A stretch of 64,000 bases of DNA from the human T2T-CHM13v2.0 reference genome, Homo sapiens, in the NCBI GenBank assembly GCA_009914755.4, contig CP086569.2, positions 22,336,001 through 22,400,000 on the forward strand, written 5' to 3'. Both the position numbers and the translations under genes were made by a program. The notes under the pieces were generated by a model. It was not told the DNA's origin. It saw only the letters and a program-made list of their open reading frames with translations, and did not search any database. Of this stretch, positions 26,216-39,746 are shown piece after piece. Every line of letters begins with the position of its first letter. Within the stretch, counting starts at the first letter, position 1.

Positions 26216-29200
26216 ACAATTATTTCCTGTACCGATACGTGAAATTCTGCCTATGTCCTTCTCCTCCTACTACATGATTTTACATGGATAATGAGTCAAA
26301 AAAAATAATATATTTTATTTCATACTTGTAAAATGTTTGTCTTTGAAAAATACCACATGTTCTAATTTTTAATTTTCTTAATTCCTTGGAAGTGGCAATG
26401 GGGACAGGGGAATTTTAAAGCAATTACTTAACAAGGTGATTCCAATGTAAACAGTATATTGTTCATTATAAAGTTATTTTGTTTTTGAGTAAAATTTAAA
26501 AAAATACAAATACAAAATAATATAACATACCAATTTAACCCACTTAAAAATAACAGCTATTAAGATATTCCATGTTCTATTTACATTACCTCTGCTTGTA
26601 ATTGGAATATATGCCCTCAGGTTCATTTCCTTTCTTCCATTTCCTGAGGTACCATTATCATGAACTTGGTATTACCTTCATATTTTTAAATCTATTAAAA
26701 TATTTATTTCTAAATAATACTGGTATTTTATAACTTTTTAATGATTATGTGAATAAGGTATGATTTCACATATTTTATTCTGTTAACATTCTTGTTGAGA
26801 GTTGCCATTATTGATGGCATAGTTATCAGTCTACTGAATTCTCATATTCCATGATGTGTTTATTGAAATGCTGCAGTGAAAAACCTTCCCTATGCCTCCA
26901 GGTACACATGTGTGAGAGTTTCTAATGAATATACTAGAAGAATGGCTGGACTGCAGTGTGTGTACAGTTTTAACTTTGAGGGGATGAAACATTCTCATTA
27001 GCTCCCTGGACTACCACTTTACTACTGTTGTTGATCCATGCTAATCGGCTTAGCATATATCTTAGATTTTTCTTAGATTTTTCATTTTTAATGAAGTATT
27101 ATTATGTTACATTGATTAGAACCAGCAAGCATGTGTTAAATGTTCATTTTGTTTAATAATTACAGCTATTGTCAGGCCTCTATCAGTATGGGAGAAAAAT
27201 AAAATGTTAACAGAATGATGACTTTAGTAGGGAGATAAATCTGAAAATCAACTTTATTTTCCTGACACAGTTCACACAGAACACAGATACTGCTACTTTT
27301 TCAAGGGCAGCATGCTGCAGAGTGAGTGATAATAAATATGCACTGGGTCAGTAGTGGCTGGGGATGAGTAGTTTCTTCCAGTCTTGCCTGGTGATGGAAG
27401 AAGTATCTGACATAGTTTTTTTTTTTTTTTCCTACATGGTCCACTTACATGACACTCCCAGGTCATCATATGGTAGGTCTGGGGAAAATGAAGGAAATAA
27501 TAGGCTAGATATATGTAAATTATGTGCTGGAAATAGAAGCTTAGCACACAGAGAGTAGTTGATTCATCTGGCCACAGTGGTTTTGTCATCTCTTATACAC
27601 TTACAACTACCTATTTATGGGCTGTTTGCTAATGACTATTTAAAAAAATCTGTTTCAGCAGCAATAGCCTAAAAATGCAACTAGGTATTTAATTAAAAAC
27701 TACTCAGTTTCCCTTTCAATCAAATTATGTGTTGAAAAGTGCCAATAAACACATGGTGTAATCATGAAGCCTTGTAGTCCATATTGGGACCACAGGCTAA
27801 AAGTGATATCCTGAAATCCAGAATACAGATGGCTGAGGGGAAAAAGCAGCTGCTATTTCAGAAGGTAATACTTAGTTACATTAAGAAAACTAAGCCTGAA
27901 GATGACATTTTCACAGGTTTAGTGTGTGAATTCGAAAAAATTAAGCATATAATTCTGAGATGCCTGGCTTTTTATTTATATTATATTACTATTTTTAAAA
28001 ATCAATTGTGTACATTTTAATTCTAATTTTTCCACACTTAAGAAAAATGCATCAGTAATTGTTAGTATGTTAGCTCCATTAGCTACAGAAGAAATTCCAA
28101 AAGAATTGAATAATGCCATTTAGATGTTTCAAATAGAAAATTAAATTAAAAAATGGTTTGAATTTTTAATCAATCATTGCAAAAAAGATAAAGCTGTTGA
28201 AATTCTATCGTACCAGAAATAAAACATTGAACAATGTGTGATAAATGATTTTTAATGTTGAGTGAAAAAGCTACATATTGGTGATAACTTTTATTGCTGA
28301 CAAGAAGAAACAACTTTGGAAAAACTTGCAAGTAGCTTTATTTAAAAATCAATATAAAATTAAAAGAAATGCATTTTCCAGAAAAGAACTATGTATAATT
28401 ATTGTTAAGAAACAGATTAATTCATATAAATATGTTCCAGAATCGTTATTCTGCCTACTATTTCTAATATTTAAATAATAAATTTAAAGAAGTTATTTTT
28501 CTCTTTTGCTTCAAGATATATAATTGTGGTTTTAAATTTTTGAAGAGATTTCATTTTCAAAAATAGTTGGAAGATAACTATTTTATAGATCCATCCATAC
28601 AGTAAAAACAATTTGCCTATAAGGAAATAATATATTAAATAATACCTGATTTTGTATATGTTAGTACTCTTTTATCCTAAAAAAGTTTCCATTGGAACAA
28701 TAAAGATTTTAGTCACCCTAATTTTACTAAATATCATTAGATAGTCCTGTGGATTGATGGGAAAAAACTATCATTCCTTACATTCTTGACTACACTCAGT
28801 ACTTATTATTTTAATAGTTGACAAACTAATGAATGAAAGTGGGAACCTAATGTGGTTTTGATTTATATCCCTGGATTACTAATAAGCTCAAGCATCTAGC
28901 CATTTTTCGTTGGTCATTTGACTTTCCTCTTTTCTAAAAATGATCTAATTATTTACCTGTACTTCTTTCTTCTACTGGGCTAGATTGTGTATATTTTTTC
29001 TTGTACATTTGTATGAGTTATTTTGATTATTTTGGATACTGGAGTTCTTATTTATATATTTTTTAGTGATGTTCTGGAGTTTTATAAACACCCAAGATAG
29101 TTTTTAGAATTTATCATCTGAAGATTTTCAAAAAGCTAACTCAGAAGTCATTTGGGGCTATAATGCTGACTTCAAATGAAAAAATTATTTTGCCACTTTA

Positions 29201-31708
29201 GCAAAACATGTTTTAAAGATACTAATTAGAAAGCACTGAAGTGCTCACTTCTATCTTTTTAATAAAACTTGCATTTAAATAGTCATTTCAACAAAATCCT
29301 TTACCCTTACAGTAAGAACCAATTATTAAATATTGATTACCTAGCTCCTGTATGGTTTTCTAAATATTTCACAATTGTCATTTTGGTAATAATCACTTAG
29401 CATACTCATGAGAATTACTCGTTCTCCAGGTCTCATTCCAGGTGATTGAACCAGGATTTCGAAGGAAAATAGCTACAAATTTCTGGGTATATATTTTATT
29501 TATGACCCATGTAATTATTTGAGGATATTTGTGAAACTCTGATCTGACACATAAGAGAAAGTAAAACAAGAACAACAAAAACCAAAAACAGAACAACAAC
29601 AATAAAAAAAAAAACCCAAAAATAAGCCACACACAAAGAATATCAAGCCAGGTGTCAGGAATAAATATCTTATCTTTTCCTAACTGCAGCCTTCTCAATT
29701 CATATGGCCCTATCTTCTTTTTCATTCTTGGTAAGTGCTACTACAACTGTCTAGCACTTCACGGTAGTAATTAACCTGTTAGTTTGCAATTTAGCAAAAT
29801 ATATGAAACCTATTTCTGAACATATTCTTTAGGATCATTTTTCTAGCTATACAACATGGGTCAGTTAATGCTATGTATGGCTATAAAATAGCAGTATTTA
29901 ACAAAAATATTTGACCACTGCGGCAAAATTATCTTCTGTAATGATCCACTGCTACTAAGATTACCTTGACATTTTGGAGACTGTACTGACATTTTGAATA
30001 TCATATACTCAAGGAAGATTGGAAAGCGTCTTCAGATGTCATTGTCTATAATGATAAGAGTTAATACTCGTATTAACTTTCAAATTTTTCTATGTTAAAG
30101 CATGCGTGCAGGTATTGGATGAACAGGTAGGCCACTGAGGCATGGCTGTGGTTAAAGTTGTAAAAGTTTTGGCAAAATTGTGCATACCAACATCTCCACA
30201 GAAAATTTAGATTTTGGCTCAGCTAGGAGATGTTGAAGAAAATTATATTTTTTCTTCTTAATGATTCCCCGGTTGGTCCTTAAAGGGAGATAGCACAATA
30301 TGGTGGAAAGAGGTAGTTTTGCAATCTGAAGTTAGACTTTAAGAGAAGTTAATGATTTTGAGAGCCAAATTTCAGATGTATGAAGCGGGGTCTAAAATAT
30401 CTAGTACCTGTGTGTGTAGTTATAAAGATCATATAATAACAATTGATTCTATTTGCCTTGTACTTTTCCGTAAAACAAAGACATCAGTTAATTGTGTTAC
30501 TTAGTATAGATTTGTGTGGGCATTTTTAAGGATCATTTATCTCATCATAAATAAAATGGTAATACTGGCAAAGAATGGTACTTACTCCAACATTGACATT
30601 GCAGAGCTCCAGCTATTCTGTAGAGAAACTGGTGTGAATTGAAATAAAAAACAAAACTGGACGATTGAAGGTTACTTAGGGGCCACTCTTTATTTACTAA
30701 GACTATGTAATTCTTGGAGAGGACACACAACCTGTGAAGAGTTGGATGTAAATGATGAAGAGTCATTGAGAAAAGGCTGCCTCAAGGATCATCCTCTACA
30801 TTTCTAGCTTGAAATACAGGGTATTTGGTGCTGTGAATTTCTGAAATAGTGGAATACTGTACGAGGAAACATGTTTTGGGGATGAAATGAAGGTCTGGTT
30901 TTGGTATGTGGAGATGTAAGGCATGCAGTTGGATATGCCAAGTCTGAAGGCAGAACAAAGATCTGGCCTGAAGTTGGGAATTTCTTAATGGTCAGCATAA
31001 AAAGGGTGTTTTAGCCTTGAGAAAACCCAAGAGGATCCATGACTGAAATCTGAACAACTTCAACACCTGTAGATTTAGTAAAGATGCCAACAAAATACAC
31101 AACAAGTTCATATTAAAATTAATAGGAAAAGACAAACTACTTAGTGAGAGGTATCCAGGCAACTAGCACTAGGTAGCTATTAGGTAGCAAATTTGGGAAA
31201 AAATAAAATGTTTAAAGAATCTTTGATCAGGTTTCCAAATATACAAAATAAAAACCACTTACATGTTAGAAGACAATATACAAAATGATATTATGTTAAT
31301 GGTACTATTTAATGCTAATAGACAAAAATGAAAATTATTGTGAATTAAATCAACAGACAATATATTTTCCATCACTGTCTTTTCTTCTCAATGTGTGTGT
31401 TGTTTTAATTCACTAAGCAATGACTCCTCTTAATTCCATTACTTTTTATTTAACACTGCATTTTTTTGCATATGTGCAATATTACACTGCCCAATAGAGA
31501 GGAAATGAAGAATTTGGGCTAGTGTATCAGAAACACCTTAGCTTTTCAGCTTTGGGCTTCTGGAGTGTGGTTAATTTAAATATTCTCATCAGGCCTTGAT
31601 TTGTCAGATTTCTGTAATCACTTCTCCAAAATAAACAATGTCTGAAACTGATGTCTACAATTAAATTAAAATTATGCTGGCTTTCAAGATAATTATGTAA
31701 ATTTGATG

Positions 31709-32010
31709 CTTTTTTTGGGGGGGGTGGGGTGGTGGAGACAAAGTTTTGTTCTTGTGACCAGGCTATAGTGCAGTGGCGTGATCTTGGCTCACTGCAACCT
31801 ACGCCTCTCGGGTTCAACAGATTCTCCTGCCTCAGCCTCCCAAATAGCTAGGATTACAGGAACCTGCCAACACACAGATAATTTTTGAATATTTAGTAGA
31901 GATGAGGTTTCACCATGTTGACCAGGCTGGATTTGAACTTCTGACATCTGGTAATCCACCAGCCTTGGCCTCCCAAGGGGATTACAGGAGTGAACCACCC
32001 CGTGTGTGGT
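31709..32010 (-). mobile_element. Alu SINE (antisense), directly abutting the start of the RBMY1 tandem array; near-identical in sequence and 5' flank to the Alu at 45485-45790
   Basis: 'tgctttttttgggggggtggggtggtggagacaaagttttgttcttgtgaccaggctatagtgcagtggcgtgatcttggctcactgcaacc...' vs 45482 'tgctttcttggggggtgtggggtggtggagacaaagctttggtcttgtgacccaggctgtagtgcagtggcgtgatcttggctcactgcaacc'. Confidence 0.85.
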
Positions 32011-32781
32011 TAAAACATATACATAAACATATACATAAGAACTGTTTACAAAAATTGCTGTGGCCTGTAGAAAAGATTACAGTGAAAAATGTTATTGGGA
32101 AATTAATTAGGATACTTAAGCATTTCTGAGAAATTACCTGAAGTACTATATTAAGATTCGTTTTTTAGGGGCACGTCTAAGGCAATGTAAGAAATGAGTA
32201 AGGCAAGAAAACTTAATGAGATCAAACAAGGATCACATTTACAGAAACATTTTTAGAGTCAATATAGAATTGTAAATCATATGGGGACATTTTATCTAAG
32301 TGTTAGCAAATCCAACAAGAAACAACCCATAATGAGTAATGTGACTAATCACGCTGAAAAAGTAAGCTCATTTTTTTTAAAATGACACAAGTTTCGTTGG
32401 GACACTGCAACTTTCAAATCAGTGATGTGAATACGAAGATGAAGTGGATTAGATATTGTAAAAAACAGATGTGCCACATTCTTCCACAGAATGTGTGATG
32501 GGTCAATTTTTTTTAATGTTTGAGTTTCTTTTTTAAATAATGGAGGAGTTTTCAAGGAATTTGAATAATAGAATTTGTGTTTGATCCCTTAATGGAAGGC
32601 GTGTGCTCAGGAACTATCTCAAATTTGGCATTGCGAAAGATGTGTTCATTTTAGGAGAAAAAAAAGTTTCCTTTTGGGAGAAAATACCTCGAATTGAACT
32701 ACAGTTTGATGTGAAAATGTTATTAAAATGTGCTTACGTTAAATGTGCCAGTGTTATTGATAGTACCCTTAATACTTCTAG

Positions 32782-32959
32782 TCTTTGCATGGAAAAGCAA
32801 TAAAAGTAGAACAAGCCAAGAAACCATCTTTTCAAAGTGGTGGTAGGCGGAGACCACCAACTTCTTCGAGAAACAGAAGCCCTTCAGGAAGTCTGAGATC
32901 TGCAAGAGGAAGCAGTGGAGGAACAAGAGGGTGGCTTCCCTCACATGAAGGGCACCTGA
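32782..32959 (+). CDS. RBMY1: RBMY1 copy 1, exon 4 (coding exon 3), variant
   Basis: Acceptor 'cttctag' at 32775-32781. '[59 protein letters not shown]' plus phase-1 'a'. Donor 'a|gtaatg', where copy 2 has 'g|gtaatg'. Confidence 0.8.
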
Positions 32960-33722
32960 GTAATGTTTTAAAATATAAAGATGGAACCATAGGACTGAAA
33001 GAAAATAAGTTTGACGATATCGAAATTTCTCAAATTTTATTTCGTGTATGAAGAGAAAATTAGCTTATTGATAATAAGCAAACTTATTTCTAAGTACTAT
33101 AAAGGTGTATTATAAGAATGATTGAACTAATATCTAAAATTTGTTTAACAATTATAATAAGTTTGCACTGAAGTAACACACATTTGAAAGTGAGTTGTGT
33201 TTGTGAATGCTGATTGCCTGTACTCAACCGGTTTTCTGCAGAACTCATTTATATTCATTATACTTTAGAGTTTTCTACTTTAGGGCCCAGAACTTCGTGT
33301 CAGTTGTATTATCAAAGTACGATGTAATATTTAAAATTTTCCAACAGGAAGAAGTAACTGAATACTGAAGATTGATTTTGCAGTATTTGTTTTCTTGTGT
33401 CTACATGTGGAAACATCTATGCAAATGTATTGCTTTGTAATTTTGATACAGAGAGTTTGTACATTGGCCTGCCGTAAAGCATTTTCAATTTAAGAAATGT
33501 AGAACTTTAATTTCTGAAAAGAGTCTGTGACTCTGGAAAGATCTAAAAACCACTGCTTCACAGATATGTATGAATCTTTCTTTGCTGGAGGCTGAGTCAC
33601 TGAAAATGATATTTATGAGTGATTTACTTAATAGAAATGAGGGGTCCATCTTTACATATAAAAGAAAAACAAACCATATATTTAAAAAAAAGGAAAAAGA
33701 AAAAACTATTGGATGGGCTGTG

Positions 33723-34017
33723 CGAGGTGGCTCACGCCTGTCACCTCAGCACCTGGGGAGTACAGGGCAGGTGGACCACGAGGTCAGGAGTTCCAGACCA
33801 GCCTGGCCAACATGGTGAAACCCTGTCTCTCCTAAAGATACAAAAAAATTTGCCTGGGCCTGGTGGCATGCACCTGTAATCCCAGCTACTCAGGAGGCTG
33901 AGGCAGGAGAATCACAGGAACCTGGGAGGCAAAAGCTGCAGTGAGCCAAGGTTATGCCATGGCACTCCAGCCTGCGTGATAGGGCAAGAGTGCATCTGAA
34001 TAAATAAATAAATAAAC
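33723..34017 (+). mobile_element. Alu SINE (intron of RBMY1 copy 1); the same Alu appears in unit 2 at 57252-57546
   Basis: 'gggctgtgcgaggtggctcacgcctgtcacctcagcacctgggg...gcactccagcctgcgtgatagggcaagagtgcatctgaataaataaataaataaa'. Confidence 0.85.
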
Positions 34018-34872
34018 CTGTTGGTTAACTTGTATTATCTATTAACCAACCTTCAAAACTCTAACAATTAGCTTGGAGTTTTAATAACCAGACATGTAAT
34101 TAATTGGAGATTGTTTTCAAGTTGAAATTGCAGTGTTTGCTCCATTTTAAGATGCGTAGCTTCACGGCTGTTTTGCCTCCACTGATCTTGAGGGTGAGCT
34201 TCAATTATACTCTGCCACGGACGAGAATGTATACATAAATTCTAACCTGTAACACCACCTGGCAATTGGCATATATCTACGTTTTTGTAGATGTATAAAA
34301 ATATGTTTATATTACCGAATATGCAATTCTTAAAGACTGTTAAAATTCAGCATAGTCTCATCTGAAAATTAGTGTCTCATAAGGGAATTTTAAGAATTCT
34401 ATATTGTGTTAACAAATTTTAGAGACAATGTATTTTCCTGATATGTGATTTCTTGGTATTGGAAATATTTGAGTTTCTTTGAATGGAAATTAGTTTATCT
34501 TTATGATGTGCTTTGAAAATTTTTCCTCATTACAGAATGATATAAACAGTCATTTATCATTTTTCTTTTAATATTTTTATGTATATTATATTTGGATATT
34601 TTAGTGATAGATTTCTGCCCCCGTTCACTCCCCATTTTCCCACATCTCTCCTTCATACCGATATATTATGATACTTGAGTTTCTTTCTAGATTTTCTAAA
34701 TGAACTTTTAATGCTTGAAGTGTACTAATACCTTGTAGGAATGCTAATTTTATTAGTTTAGACAAAATGTGAATTTGTTATAAAATGTAGAAAATATTTG
34801 TAAACAACTAAAACTTAGCCATTTAAGAAACAGTGACGTCAGTTAACTAAAAAGATTTTGTTTGAAATACAG

Positions 34873-35025
34873 ATGATGGTGGATACACTCCTGATCTCAA
34901 GATGAGTTATTCTAGGGGACTCATTCCAGTTAAAAGAGGTCCATCTTCAAGAAGTGGAGGTCCTCCTCCGAAAAAATCTGCTCCTTCTGCTGTGGCAAGA
35001 AGCAATAGTTGGATGGGAAGCCAAG
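34873..35025 (+). CDS. RBMY1: RBMY1 copy 1, exon 5
   Basis: Acceptor 'aaatacag' at 34865-34872. '(D/N)[50 protein letters not shown](G)'. Donor gtaaat at 35026. Confidence 0.85.
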
Positions 35026-35419
35026 GTAAATGCTGCCTGACAGAAAGACCGTAGTTTTTGTATGACTAAAAATGAGCCGTTTTAGCTGAATGCTTAGCTT
35101 TAAGTTCATTGAACAAAAGAGAAGTGACACATACGTGAGCATAATTACTGATTGATAGCTTTTATTATAGTTTCTATCTCACTAGGTACATTTCAGATTT
35201 ATGTTGAAGAAATACTTGAGCTTCTCATTGCAGATCAAAGAAGTGATTAGAGTGAGGCCAACATTCCTTTTAATCCTGTGTTGGCTAGAAAATTCCCCTT
35301 AATTTTTCTAAAAGTTCCTAGCAGTATTCTTTGATGGTAGGCTTCTTGATCTAATTAACTCTTCCATTTCCTAAGTCCCCTGGTGTCCCATTCTAAAAAT
35401 TGCTTGTTCGGTGACTTTG

Positions 35420-35735
35420 CTGGGTTGGAGTCTTGCTCTTACTAGGTGAGAGTGCACTATGTGAGACGACGGCTTACTGTAGCCTCAAATTTGTGAGATG
35501 ACGGCTTACTATAGCCTCAAATTCCTGGGCTCAAGCAATTCTGCTGTTTCAGCCTCCCGAGTTTGTGCAACTACAGGCATGCAGCAGCACACCTAGCTAC
35601 ATTTTTTTCCCTATGTTTTTGTAGAGAGAGGATCTGACTACATTGTCAAAACTGATGTTAAAGCCTGGGGCTCAAGCGGTCCAGCTGCCTCAGCCTTCCA
35701 CACTCACTCACAGTGTGAGCCGCTAAGCCTGGCCG
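35420..35735 (-). mobile_element. Old, diverged Alu-like SINE (antisense) with an internal duplication; copy in unit 2 at ~58949-59264
   Basis: '..ggcttactgtagcctcaaattcctgggctcaagcaattctgctgtttcagcctcccgagt..ctacaggcatg...ggatctgactacattgtcaaaactg..cctggggctcaagcggtccagctgcctcagcc'. Confidence 0.55.
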
Positions 35736-37035
35736 TCCAGCTTCTGAGACCTCAGTAATGCGTATGTGCAAGGCATACTCACTGCTTGCATGAAGATTCA
35801 AAAGAACTACAAGAGCATTTAGCAGACAAGGAGTCATTGGGCTTAAATATGATTTAAAAATAAATTTAAGGCTCGAGAGGTAGACACGTAGGAGTCCAAA
35901 ATTCTTAAATTAAGTGGATATCACAGAAATGCAGAGTTGTGAAATATAGGTGTATGTAAATCAGTAATTGAGATTGTACCGGGATGTTTAAACATTAACA
36001 CAAGATCCTTAGTGTAAGATTTGAAATTATTTGAGGAGAGAATTTAGAACTCAGCAACATGAGGTGAGCGGTAGGGTTGAATGCAAGTAATACTTTTGAG
36101 AAGAATTGTAAGACTGCAGACTGAACAGAAGAAAATAAGACAATAAATAAAAGTTCTTAGCAAGGAAGTTTAAGCAGAGCAAATTAAAATTCTTTCTTAG
36201 TCCTCCATCCGCATACGGAGGAAGTTAAAAACTGCCATTTTCAATTTTACATTTCATACGTAGAGTATCGGTGAAGGGAGGTATTTATTGGCTTCAGGAT
36301 ACCCAAGCCAACACATTTCCATTGGAAAATTAGCCAGTGAAGGTATCATATGTGAAACACTGACCGCTAAGGAATAGCAAGTGAAGAATATATTAGAGGA
36401 GAAACTTTCTATTTTGAAACAGCAACAATGTTGTAATGACCCCTTGCATAGCATTGCTTTCTTTGCAGTAAAAGCAAATCTTGACCATCATTAGAAAATC
36501 TTCACTAATACATTTTAATTTGTCAACATTTAAGATAGAGCCAACCAGTTAAAGAACTTTTATGTAAACATTTAGCATATAGTCATTTAAAGGTAGCTGT
36601 ATTTATGTGTCTGTGAGATGGACTGAATGATATTGGAAAATCTACCTTCTTTGGCTGAGAAAGAACAATGTATGTAAACTTTAAAATCAGTGAAGAGTTT
36701 GATGGTTTTACGTGTTTTCCCTGTGTCACTCACAGTCATCAGTAATTTATATGGAAAGGAAAATAATAACTAAGTAGTTATTAACCATTACAAATGAACT
36801 TTTACCTAAGCATTAATGTTTGCCTTCAGCTTCATTAGAAGAACTGGCCTTGTGGGAGCCATGGGATTATCCAAAGCCATGAGAAATATTCACAGTGTCA
36901 TGTCTGTCTAGTAATTTAGGAAACAAAGAATGGAGTCATAGAAGAAATAATTTTAAAAAGTTGTTTGAGAGAAGAGAAAATAGCGTTTCAGATTTGGTGT
37001 TCTTTACGTAATGTTCCATCATTTGAATGTTAAAG

Positions 37036-37150
37036 GTCCCATGTCACAAAGAAGAGAGAATTATGGAGTTCCTCCACGCAGAGCGACAATATCTTCCTGG
37101 AGAAATGATCGCATGTCAACAAGACATGATGGTTATGCAACTAACGATGG
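37036..37150 (+). CDS. RBMY1: RBMY1 copy 1, exon 6
   Basis: '(G)[37 protein letters not shown](G)'. Acceptor 'taaag' at 37031-37035. Donor gtaaag at 37151. Confidence 0.85.
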
Positions 37151-38105
37151 GTAAAGGAAAAATTAAAAAGCACAGTTGATTTTTTTTTCCTGTGGTGATG
37201 AAATTCACATAACAAAATTAAATATTATAAGGTGAACAGTTAGGTGGTGTTTGATACATTCTGTGCCATGCAACAACTACCTCCATCGAGTTCCAGAACA
37301 TTTTCATCACTCCAAATTGAAACTCCTACTACCAGTTAAGCAGTCCCTCCCATTTTCTCCTTTTCCTCAGCTGCTAGATAACACCAGTCAGTGTTCTGCC
37401 TCTGAACTTACCTGTTGTGGGTATTTAATGTTAATGTGCTCAAACACTACATGACTTTTTGTATTTGTCTCCTCTCCTTTTGCATGATGTCCTGAAGGTT
37501 CATTTACATCATAGCACTTCACTCCTTCCACAAGCTATTAACCCATTATTTTATCTGCGTTGTTTCCACCCGAGTATTTCTACGCACCAATATTTGTTTG
37601 AGTGTGCTTACTCGGTTCTGGGTGTATATGAGTGGAATTGCATGGTCCTATGATAATGATGTTTGTTTTCTTGAGGAACCACCACATTTCTCCATAGTAG
37701 CTGCATCATTTTCCGTTCCAACCTAGCATTGTATCAGCAATCCAATTTATCTACATCCTCTCAAACACTTGTTATTTCCTGCTGTTTGAAATTTATTGCC
37801 ATTCAAATGTGTGTTTGAAATATGATATCCCATTTTCGATTTGAAATGCATTTTCTGCACCCATTAACTCATCATGCACATGTATCCTAGAACTTAAAGT
37901 ATAATGAAACAAAAAGAAATGCATTTTCTGAATCGCTGAATATGAGTATCAGTCCCGTGTGCTTTTTGGGCATTTGCCGATTTTATTTGGAGAAATATCT
38001 GTTTAGATGTTTGGCCTTTTAATTTTGTTTAAGTTGTAAGTTAGTCATGTATTGGATACTAGAAGTTGAAAATTTAAAATTTGTTGCTTAAACTTATGCA
38101 CACAG

Positions 38106-38216
38106 AAATCATCCAAGTTGCCAAGAAACGAGGGATTATGCTCCACCATCTAGAGGCTATGCATACCGTGATAATGGTCATTCTAATCGGGATGAACATT
38201 CCTCTAGAGGATATAG
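38106..38216 (+). CDS. RBMY1: RBMY1 copy 1, SRGY-box exon 1 (111 nt)
   Basis: '[36 protein letters not shown](R)'. Acceptor 'cacag' at 38101-38105. Donor gtactg at 38217. Confidence 0.88.
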
Positions 38217-38657
38217 GTACTGTAACTTTTTCTGAATTTGTCAAATAGATTTCTTAAATTGCTCATTCCAACTAACGTTCTATCAGGGCTCCAATTTATC
38301 TACATCCTCTCAAACACTTGTTATTTCCTGCTTTTGAAAATTTATTGCCCTTCCAGTGTGTGCGTATGAAATATGATATCTCATTTTGGATTTGAAATGC
38401 ATTTTCTGCACCCATTAACTCATCATGCACATGGACCCTAGAACTTAAAGTATAATTAAAAAAAAAAGAAATGCGTCTTCTGAATCACTGAATATGAGTA
38501 TGTGTCCCATGTGCATCTTGGGCATTTGCCCATTTTATTTGGAGAAATATCCATTGAGATGTTTGGCCTTTTAATTTTGTTTAAGTTGTAAGTTAGTCAT
38601 GTATCGGATACTAGAAGTTGAAAATTTAAAATTTGTTGCTTAAACTTATGCATACAG

Positions 38658-38768
38658 AAATCATCGAAGTTCCCGAGAAACTAGGGATTATGCTCCACCA
38701 TCTAGAGGCCATGCATACCGTGATTATGGTCATTCTCGTCGGGATGAAAGTTATTCTAGAGGATACAG
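38658..38768 (+). CDS. RBMY1: RBMY1 copy 1, SRGY-box exon 2
   Basis: '[36 protein letters not shown](R)'. Acceptor 'tacag' at 38653-38657. Donor gtactg at 38769. Confidence 0.88.
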
Positions 38769-39202
38769 GTACTGTAACTTTTTGTGGATTTGTCAAATAG
38801 ATTTCTTAAATTGTTCATTCCAACTAACATTGTATCAGGGCTCCAATTTATCTGCATCCTCTCCAACACTTGTTATTTCCTGCTTTTGAAAATTTATTGC
38901 CATTCATCTGTGTGTGAAATATGATATCTCATTTTGGATTTGAAATGCATTTTCTGCACCCATTAACTCGTCATGCACATGGACCCTAGAACTTAAAGTA
39001 TAATAAAAAAAAGAAATGCATTTTCTGAATCACTGAATATGAGTATCTGTCCCATGTGCTTTTTGGGCGTTTGCCCATTTTATTTGGAGAAATATCTATT
39101 TAGATGTTTGGCCTTTTAATTTTGTTTAAGTTGTAAGTTAGTCATATATCGGATACTACAAGTTGAAAATTTAAAATTTGTTGCTTAAACTTATGCATAC
39201 AG

Positions 39203-39313
39203 AAATCGTCGAAGTTCCCGAGAAACTAGGGAGTATGCTCCACCATCTAGAGGCCATGGATACCGTGATTATGGTCATTCTCGTCGACATGAAAGTTATT
39301 CTAGAGGATATAG
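39203..39313 (+). CDS. RBMY1: RBMY1 copy 1, SRGY-box exon 3
   Basis: '[36 protein letters not shown](R)'. Acceptor 'tacag' at 39198-39202. Donor gtactg at 39314. Confidence 0.88.
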
Positions 39314-39746
39314 GTACTGTAATTTTTCTGGATTTGTCAAATAGATTTCTTAAATTGTTCATTCCAACTAACATTGTATCAGGGCTCCAATTTATCTACA
39401 TCCTCTCAAACACTTGTTATTTCCTGCTTTTGAAAATCTATTGCCATTCATCTGTGTGTGTGAAATATGATATCTCATTTTGGATTTGAAATGCATTTTC
39501 TGCACCCATTAACTCATCATGCACATGTATGCTAGAACTTAAAGTATAATAAAACAAAAAGAAATGCATTTTCTGAATCACTGAATATGAGTATCTGTCA
39601 CTTGTCCTTTTTGGGCATTTGCCTATTTTATTTGGAGAAATACCTATTTAGATGTTTGGCCTTTTAATTTAAAGTTGTAAGTTAGTCATGTATTCGATAC
39701 TAGAAGATGAAAATTTAAAACTTGTTGCTTAAACTTATGCACACAC

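Noticed and set aside
23000-31700. AT-rich stretches with scattered short ORFs (e.g. 24402-24593, 29393-29725)
   Set aside because: Low-complexity, A/T-rich translations (F/L/I/K-rich) without start context or homology. Most likely decayed L1 or other ancient repeat sequence. I could not classify these reliably, so only the clear L1 3' fragment at 25385-26215 is reported.
32785-33051. ORF '[13 protein letters not shown]...[29 protein letters not shown]' (and the twin at 56312-56560)
   Set aside because: It is a real RBMY1 exon, but the ORF reads through the donor site into the intron. The true exon ends at 32959 (56486 in unit 2).
39178-39489. 103-aa ORFs overlapping the SRGY exons on the + strand (and 39171-39374 on the minus strand; twins in unit 2)
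   Set aside because: These are wrong-frame or read-through ORFs across SRGY exon 3 and its intron. The true coding frame gives [36 protein letters not shown].
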